A stretch of DNA of 34,331 nucleotides from a virus (IMGVR_UViG_3300020045_001687:1-34331), one strand, 5' to 3'. Counted from the first letter of the stretch, positions 8,019 through 17,683 are shown. The notes: generated by a model not told the origin, from the letters alone. Numbers and translations: made by a program.

Positions 8019-8945
8019 ATGAAAAAACTTATTGATATTTTCCCTGGTCTTATTGAAATTGCTGGCACATTCGGTGTAGAAATTGAATGTGAAGGCCAGA
8101 ATCTTAAAGAGATGGACACAGTGTTCTGGAAAACAGTGGATGATGGTTCTCTTCGTGGAAAGTTTCCTCACAGCAGGGCTGAGTGGGTGTTTAAGAAACC
8201 TCTTTCCTTTTCTAATGCTGTAAAAGCACTAAACAGTCTTGCTCTCACTCAGAAAAAGAATGAGGCTATCCTTAACTTTTCCTATCGTACTAGTGCTCAT
8301 GTACACATTAACGTGCAAGACCTGACAGAGGATCAGATTCTTAACCTCATCTATACGTATGTACTTATTGAGGAAGTTCTCATTAGATTCTGTGGCCCTT
8401 CTCGTAAGGCTAATAGGTTCTGTCTGAGTGTATGTGATGGAGAGGGTACGCTAGACTATCTACATCATATGTTCCGGCTTGGTGTGTCAACAGTTAAGAA
8501 TTTCCACGAGAACGAAGTGAGGTATGCAGCCCTTAATATTGCAAGTATTCGTAAGTACGGGAGCATTGAAATCAGGAGTATGCGTGGAACTCTTGACATT
8601 GATGTACTCACAACATGGCTATGTGCTCTAGGTAATCTTCGTGCATTCGCTATGGAACGTACTAACGTACATGAGATTCATGACTTGTTCGTAAGCAATA
8701 CACCAGAGAGTTTTATTCGTACGGTATTGGATGACGTGTATGAAGATTTTGCTTATGAAGGAATGATTCAAGATGTTCGTAAGAATTTTAGTATTTCTTT
8801 GGAACTTCCTCACGCTTATCAGATCAAAGAAGAACCTGTCGTTAAGAAAGAGACAGCAGTGGGTGTGATTGATAGTCTTTTGAAAGCAAAAGAGGAGAAA
8901 ATAGGTGGTTTAAAATATGACTACATAATGATTGATGATCTTTAA
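8019..8945 (+). CDS. Putative amidoligase
   Basis: FGVEIECEG, WKTVDDGSL, SAHVHIN, RYAALN and GSIEIR motifs. Confidence 0.88.
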   Translation: MKKLIDIFPGLIEIAGTFGVEIECEGQNLKEMDTVFWKTVDDGSLRGKFPHSRAEWVFKKPLSFSNAVKALNSLALTQKKNEAILNFSYRTSAHVHINVQDLTEDQILNLIYTYVLIEEVLIRFCGPSRKANRFCLSVCDGEGTLDYLHHMFRLGVSTVKNFHENEVRYAALNIASIRKYGSIEIRSMRGTLDIDVLTTWLCALGNLRAFAMERTNVHEIHDLFVSNTPESFIRTVLDDVYEDFAYEGMIQDVRKNFSISLELPHAYQIKEEPVVKKETAVGVIDSLLKAKEEKIGGLKYDYIMIDDL

Positions 8946-8997
8946 CCTCCTATTAAGAAAGTTGTACGTAAACCCATAGTAATAGAATTTTAAACAT

Positions 8998-9732
8998 ATG
9001 AAACTCTATCCATATAATCCAGCATCTGAGAGTGCTAAGCTTCTCTCTAAAGCTCTTGGTATTAAACATATCAAGCATACAGGTAAGAAACTCTTATGTC
9101 GTAAAGGGGTGCTTAACTGGGGCTCTTCCTTCTTTAAACGTAACATTACACATGCTGGTGTGTTTAATACTCCAGATTGTGTAGCTGTTGCTTCAAACAA
9201 GCTAGAATCGTTTAAAGCACTGCAAGGCCACACTAGTGTCCCCGAGTGGACAGAAGAGCTTGTAGAGGCTAATAGGTGGCTTACTGAGGGTATTGCAGTT
9301 GTAGCTCGTACTGTTCTTAATGGACACAGCGGACAAGGCATTATTATGTATAATAAAGGAGATGAAATTAAGGAAGCTCCTCTATATGTAAAATATATTC
9401 CTAAGAAAGAGGAATATCGTCTACACGTATTTCGTGACAAAGTGTTCTTCATTCAACGTAAAGCTAGAAATAAAGGGGTAGAGAATGTTAATTGGCAAAT
9501 CCGCAATCACAAGAACGGCTTCATCTTTGCTAATCAAAATGTGGATGTCAAAGAAGCAGCTAAAGAAGCAGCTATCACAGCTGTTAAAACTTTAGGTTTG
9601 GATTTCGGTGCGGTAGACATTATCTATAATGAAGATAAAGATATGTATTATGTTCTTGAAGTCAATACCGCGCCAGGTCTGGCTGGGTCTACGTTAGCAG
9701 CTTATGTTGAGCAATTCAAGGAGTTTGTATGA
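8998..9732 (+). CDS. ATP-grasp peptide ligase (RimK-like)
   Basis: GHSGQGI, EYRLHV, LGLDFGAVDI and VLEVNTAPG motifs. Confidence 0.9.
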   Translation: MKLYPYNPASESAKLLSKALGIKHIKHTGKKLLCRKGVLNWGSSFFKRNITHAGVFNTPDCVAVASNKLESFKALQGHTSVPEWTEELVEANRWLTEGIAVVARTVLNGHSGQGIIMYNKGDEIKEAPLYVKYIPKKEEYRLHVFRDKVFFIQRKARNKGVENVNWQIRNHKNGFIFANQNVDVKEAAKEAAITAVKTLGLDFGAVDIIYNEDKDMYYVLEVNTAPGLAGSTLAAYVEQFKEFV

Positions 9733-9941
9733 GCATTGTTAATATTACAGATAGAGAAAGAGACCTTACAATTTCTCTGAAGAAGATTACGGCAGAGCGC
9801 GATGCTCTGAAAGTTGATGCGAAGCGGTATCAGTGGCTGCGCAATCCAGACAATTTTGATGCTTCAGAAGTGATCGAGCAGTACGACGGGGAGAACCTCG
9901 ATTCTGCCATCGACGCAGCAATGAATGGAGAGCAAGCATGA
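9729..9941 (+). CDS. Hypothetical protein (AT-rich 5' end, GC-rich 3' part)
   Basis: AERDAL...DAKRYQWLR...LDSAIDAAM motif common in temperate-phage accessory proteins. Confidence 0.75.
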   Translation: MSIVNITDRERDLTISLKKITAERDALKVDAKRYQWLRNPDNFDASEVIEQYDGENLDSAIDAAMNGEQA

Positions 9942-10923
9942 GCAATATCAAAACGTGGCAGGAAAGGATGGATTCACATGTTATCGGCCCATACCCGGGA
10001 GAGCGCGATTGCATGTGGGCTGAAATAAAAGATCTCCGCGCAGCCCTTGAGAAAGCAGAGCAGGAGCGCGACACACTGCAGGCCATAATTCTGAAAGCAG
10101 CAGGAGAACGGTTGGAGCTATTGGAAGAGCTTGACAGGATAAACACTGCAAGTAGAAAGCATGTTTCTGAGCGCCATGAACTGCAAGCCAAGCTGTCCGA
10201 GCGCGACACTATGATTTCTCAGGACCGCATGATCATTGACGCGGCTGCCGCAGATGTTGATGCGTTGGAAGCCAAGCTCGCGGCGCTGGAGGTGGCGAAA
10301 TGAGTGAGTTTTTCAGCCCGAAAGACTGGCGCTGCTCGCATGGATTTCTGCGCGGCGAGCAATGCGAAACCTGCGCAAAGATCAAGAGCCTTGAGGCTGA
10401 AATCGAGCGCCTGACAGCAGAGCGCGATGCTGCGCTGGTGGATGCGTGGAGAGAGTTTGCCCGCGCAATCGAAGCCAAGTGCAAGTGTGAGCACTGGCAG
10501 AGCTGTGTGGAATGTCATCCTACTGCTCACGCAGCACTGGCGCGGCTTGCGAAGCGCTCGAAAGAATGTGGTGAGCAAGCGGCGAAGCTCGCAGCACTGG
10601 AAGCGCAGGAGCCTATTGGCTGGATGGATTCGGAAGGGACAACTATCTGGACAACCCGCGATATCAGCAACTTTTCATCCAGTGCTCGCACAGAATATCC
10701 TATCCCGCTCTACGCAGCCGCTGGTGCAGCACCTGTGCCAGAAAGCTATCAGCTTGTGCCAGTGGAGCCGACGCCGGAGATGTGCAATCAAGGCGCACAG
10801 GCGATTGTGTCGTGGGAAAACGGCGCAACTTGGCCTGATTCTTGGGGAGTCTTGAAAGCCAATCGGCACCGCAAAGACTGCCGCAAAGCGTACGTTGCAA
10901 TGCTGGCCGCAGCAAAGGGGCCA
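9791..10923. mobile_element. GC-rich foreign accessory segment
   Basis: Abrupt change in composition and codon usage relative to the flanks. Three overlapping ORFs resembling temperate-phage ea/ead-type genes. Confidence 0.7.
9938..10303 (+). CDS. Coiled-coil hypothetical protein
   Basis: ATGA overlaps at both ends and GGAG RBS. Confidence 0.75.
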   Translation: MSNIKTWQERMDSHVIGPYPGERDCMWAEIKDLRAALEKAEQERDTLQAIILKAAGERLELLEELDRINTASRKHVSERHELQAKLSERDTMISQDRMIIDAAAADVDALEAKLAALEVAK

Positions 10924-10926
10924 TAA
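10300..10926 (+). CDS. Mosaic Eaa/Ead-like accessory protein
   Basis: QEPIGW, PIPLY, LVPVEPTPEM and YVAMLAAA motifs. GGAGG RBS. Confidence 0.75.
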   Translation: MSEFFSPKDWRCSHGFLRGEQCETCAKIKSLEAEIERLTAERDAALVDAWREFARAIEAKCKCEHWQSCVECHPTAHAALARLAKRSKECGEQAAKLAALEAQEPIGWMDSEGTTIWTTRDISNFSSSARTEYPIPLYAAAGAAPVPESYQLVPVEPTPEMCNQGAQAIVSWENGATWPDSWGVLKANRHRKDCRKAYVAMLAAAKGP

Positions 10927-11180
10927 TGAGACCTCTTACAAAAACTCTAGGAATGTTTGGAAGTGAAACAGACGAGGAATTCAATGAGAGCGCTCCCCTG
11001 TCTTATGAGATTTCTCGTTGTCGTGGCTCTTACAAACCTGTTCCATTTGGAAGTGAGTTATATAAAGAATGTATAGCATGTCTAAGGAGAAAAGTGACTG
11101 GAAATCCTCTGAGACAATCTTATATTATTTCTGGTGATACAAAAGGTGCTTGTCAATATTTTATTAAGGAATCAAAATGA
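10926..11180 (+). CDS. Small Cys-containing hypothetical protein
   Basis: TAATG overlap gives ATG 10926. Return to AT-rich codons. Confidence 0.65.
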   Translation: MRPLTKTLGMFGSETDEEFNESAPLSYEISRCRGSYKPVPFGSELYKECIACLRRKVTGNPLRQSYIISGDTKGACQYFIKESK

Positions 11181-11359
11181 CTCAATTTGTTGATGAAAAA
11201 GATTGGGATGGTGTTGATTTTAAAAAGATTTATGACGTTCTTGAAGATGGTACTTATCTTAACGAAAGAATGTACATGTGGGATTTCATTAATCAAGTGG
11301 AACTTATTCATAAAAAACAGGTCAAACAAGTACCTAGTTTATTGAAAGGGGATAAGTGA
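11177..11359 (+). CDS. Hypothetical protein (60 aa)
   Basis: AAGGA RBS, overlapping start and stop codons. Confidence 0.7.
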   Translation: MTQFVDEKDWDGVDFKKIYDVLEDGTYLNERMYMWDFINQVELIHKKQVKQVPSLLKGDK

Positions 11360-13881
11360 GTACAAAATGTATCGAGAAGCTTCCACATAGAACAGATAAA
11401 TGTAACTCTAGCTCAGGATTACAAGTCTTTGCTAAGGAAGGAGGCGGGTATGATGGATATTGCTTTGCATGTGGAGAGTATATCCCGAATCCATACGGTG
11501 ACAAGCCTGAAGGATATAAACCCAAAGTATCTATTAAGTCTGATGAAGAAATCCAAGCAGAACTAGACGAAGTAGAAGAATACCAAACTGTTGACCTACC
11601 CAAACGAAAGCTTAGGAAAGAGTCATTAGAATACTTTGGTATTAAGATTGGATTGTCAGAAACTGATGGAACTACTCCACATAGTCATTATTATCCTTAT
11701 TACAAGGGGGGTAAACTTATCGGATATAAGGTTAGACTTATTGAAGATAAGCGAATGTGGGCTATTGGTTCTACGAAGGAAGCTGATTTCTTTGGGTGGA
11801 ATCAAGCTGTATTAGCTGGTGGTAAGAAGCTCTTTATCACCGAAGGGGAATGTTTTACACCTGATACTCAAGTCCTTACTCCTAACGGATGGGTACGCTT
11901 AGATGAATGGGATGGTCAATATGTGATGACAGGATCAGGTGAGTATGAACTCCCTTCATGGCAGGTCAAAAAACACTATGAAGGGAATCTTGTAGAATAT
12001 TCCAGCGGTTCATATAAATCTTCCATGACACCAGAGCATAACATGCTACGTGTTAAAGATGGAAAATGGATTAAGGTTAAAGCTGGTGATTCTAAAAAGA
12101 AATATTTACCTGTACCTCGTACTGTTGATTACAATTCATATGCAAATACTCTTGCTACACGTGCTCAAGTGATGCTTAGTGCAGACTTTACATTCCGTAA
12201 AGAAGGTGATCTGTATGGTGCTTTTAAGAAAACACGCAAGGTAGAAAGAGCCAAGGAAATTCTTGATGAACTTGGTGTACGGTATGTGATAAATAAAGTA
12301 AAAGGAGGATATTACTCTATATTTATCCATCGTGAACATGGTTTAGATGTTTCTAAACTATTTTCTTATAGTAGAGATTTGAGAAGTGCACGTACTGTTA
12401 TTAATGAGATTGTTCATTGGGATGGTAACAGTGTACCTGATCGTGATCAAATAGAATATGCAACTAAAGAGCTTCACAACGCTGAGTTTGTACAAACGTG
12501 TGCTCACCTATGCGGATATGTGTCTACAATTATTCGTCGATCTAATAAATATGGTAATTGGTATAAAGTATCTATCCTATTCGGAAAGCAAACTTCTAGC
12601 ACACAGAAAGGTTTTAAAGAAATTCCATATAAAGGGGAAGTGTATTGCCTGACTGTACCTAGTGGAACTCTGCTTGTTAAGTATAAAGAAAGTATTTCAG
12701 TATCTGGGAATTGTGATGCTGTAGCCTTGTTTCAAATCTTCAAGGATAAGAACAAGGCTACTCAATATGCTGATATGAATCCAGCTATTGTATCTGTCTC
12801 TAATGGAGCCGGTGGAGCTGCTAAGCAAATCTCTAGAATGCTTCCTGAAATTAGAAAACAGTTTAAGGAAGTTATTCTAGTATTTGATAATGATGAGCCG
12901 GGTAAAAAAGCTGTAGAAGATGTATTAAAGATTCTTCCAGATGCATTAGTGGCTTCTATTCCGTCTAAGGATGCTAACCAAGCATTGATTGATGGACGTA
13001 GTATTGCTACGTATAATGCTTGTCAGTTTAATGCTCAGAAGCCTAAGAATACTCGTCTAATTTATGCCTCTTCCTTACATGAAGCTGCTAAAGAACGCCC
13101 TAAGATGGGATTTAGTTGGCCTTGGTCACATTTAACCAAAGCAACACGTGGTCTTAGATTTGGGGAGACAATCTACTTAGGTGCTCCTCAGAAAATGGGT
13201 AAGTCGGATGTAGTCAATACACTTGCTGCTCATTTTATTAAAGAACATGGTTGGAAAGTGTTCCTTATTAAGCCTGAGGAGGAGAACAAAAGAACTTATA
13301 AAATGGTTGCTGGTAAGCTTGTGGGTAAGTTTTTCCACGATCCTAATAAAGAGTTTGATGAGGATTCGTTTGAAGAAGCTGGTGCTATCATACAAGATAA
13401 CCTCATTCTATTGAATTTGTACCAAGCAGTTGATTGGGAGACTACAAAAACAGATATACGAGCTGCTGTAGCAGAGGGAGTAAAAGCTGTATTCCTTGAC
13501 CCATTAACTAATTATTCAAATGGAATGTCTGCTGCGGATGCTAATGTGCTTCTGCAAAAAATAGCACAAGAAGCCGCTGCTCTAGCTCTCGATCTTAACA
13601 TTGTAATGTTCTTAACTTGTCACGTTAGAAACCCTGAATCAGGTATACCTCATGAACTAGGGGGTCACGTTCTAAGCAATCAAATGGCTGGGAGTAGGGC
13701 TATGGCTCGCTCGTGTCACCTTCTTCTCGGGCTTGAGGGTAATCGTGATCCTAATCTACCCGCTGAAGAGCGGAATATGAGGCAGATTGTAATTTTGGAA
13801 GACAGAAACTTCGGCGAGAACGGTCGTTTCAAACTGTACTGGGACAATAATACAGGTCTTTTCCAAGAAATCAACCATTAG
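11356..13881 (+). CDS. T7 gp4-like primase/helicase containing an intein
   Basis: N-terminal Zn-finger (YCFAC), TOPRIM ITEGE|CDA and FDNDEPG, helicase Walker A GAPQKMGKS, FLDPL and EDRNFG. Confidence 0.93.
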   Translation: MSTKCIEKLPHRTDKCNSSSGLQVFAKEGGGYDGYCFACGEYIPNPYGDKPEGYKPKVSIKSDEEIQAELDEVEEYQTVDLPKRKLRKESLEYFGIKIGLSETDGTTPHSHYYPYYKGGKLIGYKVRLIEDKRMWAIGSTKEADFFGWNQAVLAGGKKLFITEGECFTPDTQVLTPNGWVRLDEWDGQYVMTGSGEYELPSWQVKKHYEGNLVEYSSGSYKSSMTPEHNMLRVKDGKWIKVKAGDSKKKYLPVPRTVDYNSYANTLATRAQVMLSADFTFRKEGDLYGAFKKTRKVERAKEILDELGVRYVINKVKGGYYSIFIHREHGLDVSKLFSYSRDLRSARTVINEIVHWDGNSVPDRDQIEYATKELHNAEFVQTCAHLCGYVSTIIRRSNKYGNWYKVSILFGKQTSSTQKGFKEIPYKGEVYCLTVPSGTLLVKYKESISVSGNCDAVALFQIFKDKNKATQYADMNPAIVSVSNGAGGAAKQISRMLPEIRKQFKEVILVFDNDEPGKKAVEDVLKILPDALVASIPSKDANQALIDGRSIATYNACQFNAQKPKNTRLIYASSLHEAAKERPKMGFSWPWSHLTKATRGLRFGETIYLGAPQKMGKSDVVNTLAAHFIKEHGWKVFLIKPEEENKRTYKMVAGKLVGKFFHDPNKEFDEDSFEEAGAIIQDNLILLNLYQAVDWETTKTDIRAAVAEGVKAVFLDPLTNYSNGMSAADANVLLQKIAQEAAALALDLNIVMFLTCHVRNPESGIPHELGGHVLSNQMAGSRAMARSCHLLLGLEGNRDPNLPAEERNMRQIVILEDRNFGENGRFKLYWDNNTGLFQEINH
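11851..12711 (+). mobile_element. Intein (287 aa) with LAGLIDADG-like central domain
   Basis: Starts CFTPDTQVLTPNGW. Block B MTPEHNM, block F VYCLTVPSG, ends SGN followed by extein Cys. Removal restores EGECDA. Confidence 0.93.
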
Positions 13882-13913
13882 TGTCGAATATTGCCTTCGT
13901 GGAGAGTATAGTA

Positions 13914-14423
13914 ATGTTTAAGGATATTATGATTACTCAAGACAGACTGAAAGAACTTGTTAACTATGATGAAAACACAGGGATTTTTATATGGAAAGCT
14001 AAAGCAGCTAATCGTGTAAAAATTGGATCAGTGATTGGTTCTAAACACCATACCGGATATTTAACCGTATTTCTTGACAGAAAAAGCTATAAACTTCACA
14101 AGATAGCTCTTCTATATACAGATGGTGTTTATCCTAACGAAATAGTAGACCACATAAACGGGATCAGAGATGACAACAGAAGGGTTAACTTACGGCTTGC
14201 AACGAATAGTGAAAATACACGTAACTCAAAAATCAGGTCTGACAATCGTTCTGGTATTAAGGGCGTCAACTACAGAAACAAATCAGGTGGTCAATGGGTT
14301 TGTCGAATACACACTAATGAAGGAAGAAAGTACCTTGGGTGTTACAAAACACAAGAGGAAGCTGAAAAAGTCATGAAAGAAGCCCGTATAAAGTACCACG
14401 GTGATTATGCAAGACATCAGTAA
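13914..14423 (+). CDS. HNH homing endonuclease with AP2 DNA-binding domain
   Basis: VDHINGIRDDNRRVNLR..T..EN..N, then NRSGIKGV...YLG...EEA. GGAG RBS. Confidence 0.92.
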   Translation: MFKDIMITQDRLKELVNYDENTGIFIWKAKAANRVKIGSVIGSKHHTGYLTVFLDRKSYKLHKIALLYTDGVYPNEIVDHINGIRDDNRRVNLRLATNSENTRNSKIRSDNRSGIKGVNYRNKSGGQWVCRIHTNEGRKYLGCYKTQEEAEKVMKEARIKYHGDYARHQ

Positions 14424-14464
14424 ATTTTATAATAAATTGTCGAGAACATATAGAAAGGAAGGTA

Positions 14465-14935
14465 ATGCAAGTCCCTGACATAGCTAAGCACTATGAGAAG
14501 AACTTCTCTAGGTTTGTGAAGAAGATGAGGTTTCGAGCTGGAACCCTTGAAGCTGGTGAGGATGTTGTACAAACAGCATATGAGAGAGCCCTTCGTTACC
14601 ATCGAAGCTGTGACCCAACTCGCTTTGATCAATGGTTTTCTATGCTTCTAAACAACGCTCTTCGTGACTATAAAAACTCTGAAAAGGGTTATGTACATAT
14701 GGAGGAAGATGAGAATGAAGGAACTATTGAGTGTTCTTCTTATCCCAATCATGTCATTAGAGAAATTTATGAGCTAATTGACACTAAGAGTGAGATTCAA
14801 ATTGAAGTGTTGATGCTTCATTTGAAACAAGGGTACTCAGCTATTGATATTAGCAGGCAGATTGATTGTTCTTATGCTAAGGCTCATCAAATTATTCAAC
14901 GGTTTAAGAATGAATTAAAAGAACTCTACTCATGA
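14465..14935 (+). CDS. ECF/sigma70-like RNA polymerase sigma factor
   Basis: Region 2-like GEDVVQTAYERAL...FDQWF...NALRDY and region 4-like HTH GYSAIDISRQI. Confidence 0.82.
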   Translation: MQVPDIAKHYEKNFSRFVKKMRFRAGTLEAGEDVVQTAYERALRYHRSCDPTRFDQWFSMLLNNALRDYKNSEKGYVHMEEDENEGTIECSSYPNHVIREIYELIDTKSEIQIEVLMLHLKQGYSAIDISRQIDCSYAKAHQIIQRFKNELKELYS

Positions 14936-16815
14936 AAATTGGACTCTTTGATCTTGAGGCAAATGGACTATTACGACAAGCTACTAAAGTACATTGTGGA
15001 GCTGTAAAGGAATATAAATCTGGCGTAATTAAGAAGTTTCGTCCCCATCAGATTAAAGAACTTCTTGAAGAACTAGAATCCTATGATGTTCTTATTGCTC
15101 ATAACGGAATTGGATATGACTTTCCTCTTCTGAAGAAACTACATAGTTGGGAATTCAAAGGTAAGAAAGTTGATACTCTGTTGATGAGTAGGTTGTTAAA
15201 TCCTAAGCGTCTTGTTCCGTACGATTGTCCAGATAGAGGACTCCCACCTCATGGATTAGCATCTTGGGGTTATCGTGTAGGACGAGGTAAGCCAGAACAT
15301 AACGACTGGGAAAACTTCTCAGAAGATATGATGCATAGGTGTTCAGAAGACACTGAAATTCTAGAGCTTGTGTATGAAGAGCTTCTTAAAGAATCTAAAG
15401 GAGGTAAATGGCGTAATGCTTTCCTCCTCACGTTTGAACTCTTTGAACATTTACAGAAGCAAGAAGAATATGGATGGCTTGTTGACAGACAACACATGGA
15501 AAGTTGTGTTAAGCAGCTTACTAGGTGGATTGGTTTAATTGACAGAGCTGTTGTCCCTAGGCTCCCTAAGATTTTAGAAATAGAAGAAACTAAGAAAGAC
15601 GGTGAATACAATTACATACGAAAACCCTTCCTCAAAAGCGGGAATTATTCCCAAAGCGTGCTTGATTGGTGCTCTAGGGTTGGCCTTAGCAGCAGCGACA
15701 AGCCCGTTCTGGGTTGCTTTAGTCGTATTAATTTTCGGCCCACAGACATAAACTCTTCATATGAAACTAAAGACTACCTTCTCTCCCTCGGATGGGAGCC
15801 TCTTGAGTGGAACACAGATGATAAAGGGAACAGAACAAGCCCTAAATTATCGAAAGATGACCCTTTTGAGGGAATTGAAGACAAACTTGGGCACATTGTT
15901 GCACGACGAGTCCAATGTAGACAAAGGCGTGGAATTATTGAGGGTTTATTTGGACTTATTCGGGAAGATGGAAGAATTGCAAGTGTTGTCAATACTCTCG
16001 CAGTCACGGGTAGAGCAACTCATCGTAACATCGTCAATATCCCAAAAGCAGGAAGCTTCTACGGAAAGCAAATGCGAAGCATCTTTACCAGCAAGCCAGG
16101 TTTTGTACTTGTTGGAACCGATTCAGCAGGAAATCAACTTCGCCAATTAGCTGCACGAATGGGGAGCCCTGTATATACAAAGGCTCTAATTGAAGGACGA
16201 AAAGAAGATGGTACAGATAATCACTCTCTTACGAGGGACATTGGTGAGCTTGAAAGCAGAGACATTGCTAAGAATGTCATCTATTGTCTCTTATTCGGAG
16301 GAGGAGATGCTAAACTGGCAAAGACTGCTAAGAAATCTATTGGTAGTGGTGCTGATTTGCGAAGTAAGCTGTATCGTGGGTTGGACGGCCTTGGTGCTCT
16401 TGTTGAACGAATAACTAAGGAATGGAGAGAAACAGCTAGACAGAGATTCAATCCTAAGTTCAATAAGATGGAGTATTATGATGGGTACATAACTGGTTTA
16501 GATGGTAGACCTATTAGAGTTCCATCAGAGCATCAGTTACTCGTATACCTCCTACAGTCGGATGAAAGTATCCATATGGCATTGTCTTATTGTTTACTTT
16601 GTCGAAGGCTTGCTGAGAAATACACATGGGGTGTTGATTACGGTGTCGTATGCTGGTACCATGATGAATATACAATTGAATGCAAGGAAGAAATCAAAGA
16701 AGACGTAAAGAAAATCTCTGAAGACTGCATTAGAGATGCAGGTGTTATGTTAAACATCTCTTGTCCACATGCAGGAGAAGGGGCTATTGGGAAGAACTGG
16801 TTCTCTATTCACTAA
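14932..16815 (+). CDS. Family A (T7-like) DNA polymerase with 3'-5' exonuclease
   Basis: FDLEANGL, HNGIGYD, TGRATH, motif A GTDSAGNQLR, motif B RDIAKNVIY, motif C YHDE. Confidence 0.95.
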   Translation: MKIGLFDLEANGLLRQATKVHCGAVKEYKSGVIKKFRPHQIKELLEELESYDVLIAHNGIGYDFPLLKKLHSWEFKGKKVDTLLMSRLLNPKRLVPYDCPDRGLPPHGLASWGYRVGRGKPEHNDWENFSEDMMHRCSEDTEILELVYEELLKESKGGKWRNAFLLTFELFEHLQKQEEYGWLVDRQHMESCVKQLTRWIGLIDRAVVPRLPKILEIEETKKDGEYNYIRKPFLKSGNYSQSVLDWCSRVGLSSSDKPVLGCFSRINFRPTDINSSYETKDYLLSLGWEPLEWNTDDKGNRTSPKLSKDDPFEGIEDKLGHIVARRVQCRQRRGIIEGLFGLIREDGRIASVVNTLAVTGRATHRNIVNIPKAGSFYGKQMRSIFTSKPGFVLVGTDSAGNQLRQLAARMGSPVYTKALIEGRKEDGTDNHSLTRDIGELESRDIAKNVIYCLLFGGGDAKLAKTAKKSIGSGADLRSKLYRGLDGLGALVERITKEWRETARQRFNPKFNKMEYYDGYITGLDGRPIRVPSEHQLLVYLLQSDESIHMALSYCLLCRRLAEKYTWGVDYGVVCWYHDEYTIECKEEIKEDVKKISEDCIRDAGVMLNISCPHAGEGAIGKNWFSIH

Positions 16816-16822
16816 GGAAAAT

Positions 16823-17002
16823 ATGGAAGAAGCTACACAGAAAATTGAAATTTACTTTCGAGGAGTTCCAGAATCGAAAGTGTTCTATGACATTATTGGC
16901 TACCAACTAGGTAGTGGTTTTATTGGAGTTCAGATGAAGAATGGTGTTATGTACATCTATCCATCTGATCGCGTTGACGAAGTTATTTTTACACAGGAAT
17001 AA
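16823..17002 (+). CDS. Hypothetical protein (59 aa)
   Basis: AAGGA RBS before ATG 16823. Confidence 0.7.
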   Translation: MEEATQKIEIYFRGVPESKVFYDIIGYQLGSGFIGVQMKNGVMYIYPSDRVDEVIFTQE

Positions 17003-17006
17003 ATAT

Positions 17007-17681
17007 ATGGCATTAGTAGCTCCTAAAGGTGCCCCCAAGGGCAATTTCATCCCTCAAGCTAACATTGAGCCTGGAACCTATCCAGCTCGTCTTGTTCAAA
17101 TTCTAGACCTTGGACTCCAAGCACAGCGTCCATATCAAGGTAAAGATAAGCCTCCGGCTCGTGAGATTATGCTCACCTATGAACTCGTAGACTGTTTCAT
17201 GCTTGACGAGAAAGGTGAGGAACTAGAAGACAAACCTCGTTGGATTTCAGAAACTCTTCCCTTCTTTGGCTTGTATGCTGACAAGGCTAAGAGCACTCAA
17301 CGATATAAAGCTTTTGATCCTACAGAAGAGCACGGTGGTGACTTCGCAGCTCTCATTGAGTCTCCTATTAACGTCACAATCGTTAATAACGCTGTAGGTG
17401 AGAAAGTGTATGACAATGTAGCTACAATTTCTCCTATGCGTCCTAAGGACGTTGATAAGTGCCCTCCTCTAAAGAATCCTCCTAAGTTGTTTGATTTGGA
17501 TAAGCCTAGCATTGACGTGTTTAACGCTCTTCCTGAATGGCTTCGTGACAAGATTAAAGCCAATCTAGAGTTCAAAGGAAGTTCTCTTGATAAGCTTCTT
17601 GGTGGTAAGGATGAGCCAGCTAAGCCTCTTAAAGTTACACGAGTAGTTAAAGAAGAGGTTGACGAAGACGCTCCATATTAA
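17007..17681 (+). CDS. Putative single-stranded DNA-binding protein
   Basis: PGTYPARLVQILDLG N-terminus, acidic C-tail ending DEDAPY, located between polymerase and exonuclease. Confidence 0.65.
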   Translation: MALVAPKGAPKGNFIPQANIEPGTYPARLVQILDLGLQAQRPYQGKDKPPAREIMLTYELVDCFMLDEKGEELEDKPRWISETLPFFGLYADKAKSTQRYKAFDPTEEHGGDFAALIESPINVTIVNNAVGEKVYDNVATISPMRPKDVDKCPPLKNPPKLFDLDKPSIDVFNALPEWLRDKIKANLEFKGSSLDKLLGGKDEPAKPLKVTRVVKEEVDEDAPY

Positions 17682-17683
17682 GT

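Noticed and set aside
13881-14464. Shared TGTCGA...TATAG motif as a phage-sigma promoter (13882, 14438)
   Set aside because: Only two loose instances with different spacing, not supportable without motif statistics.
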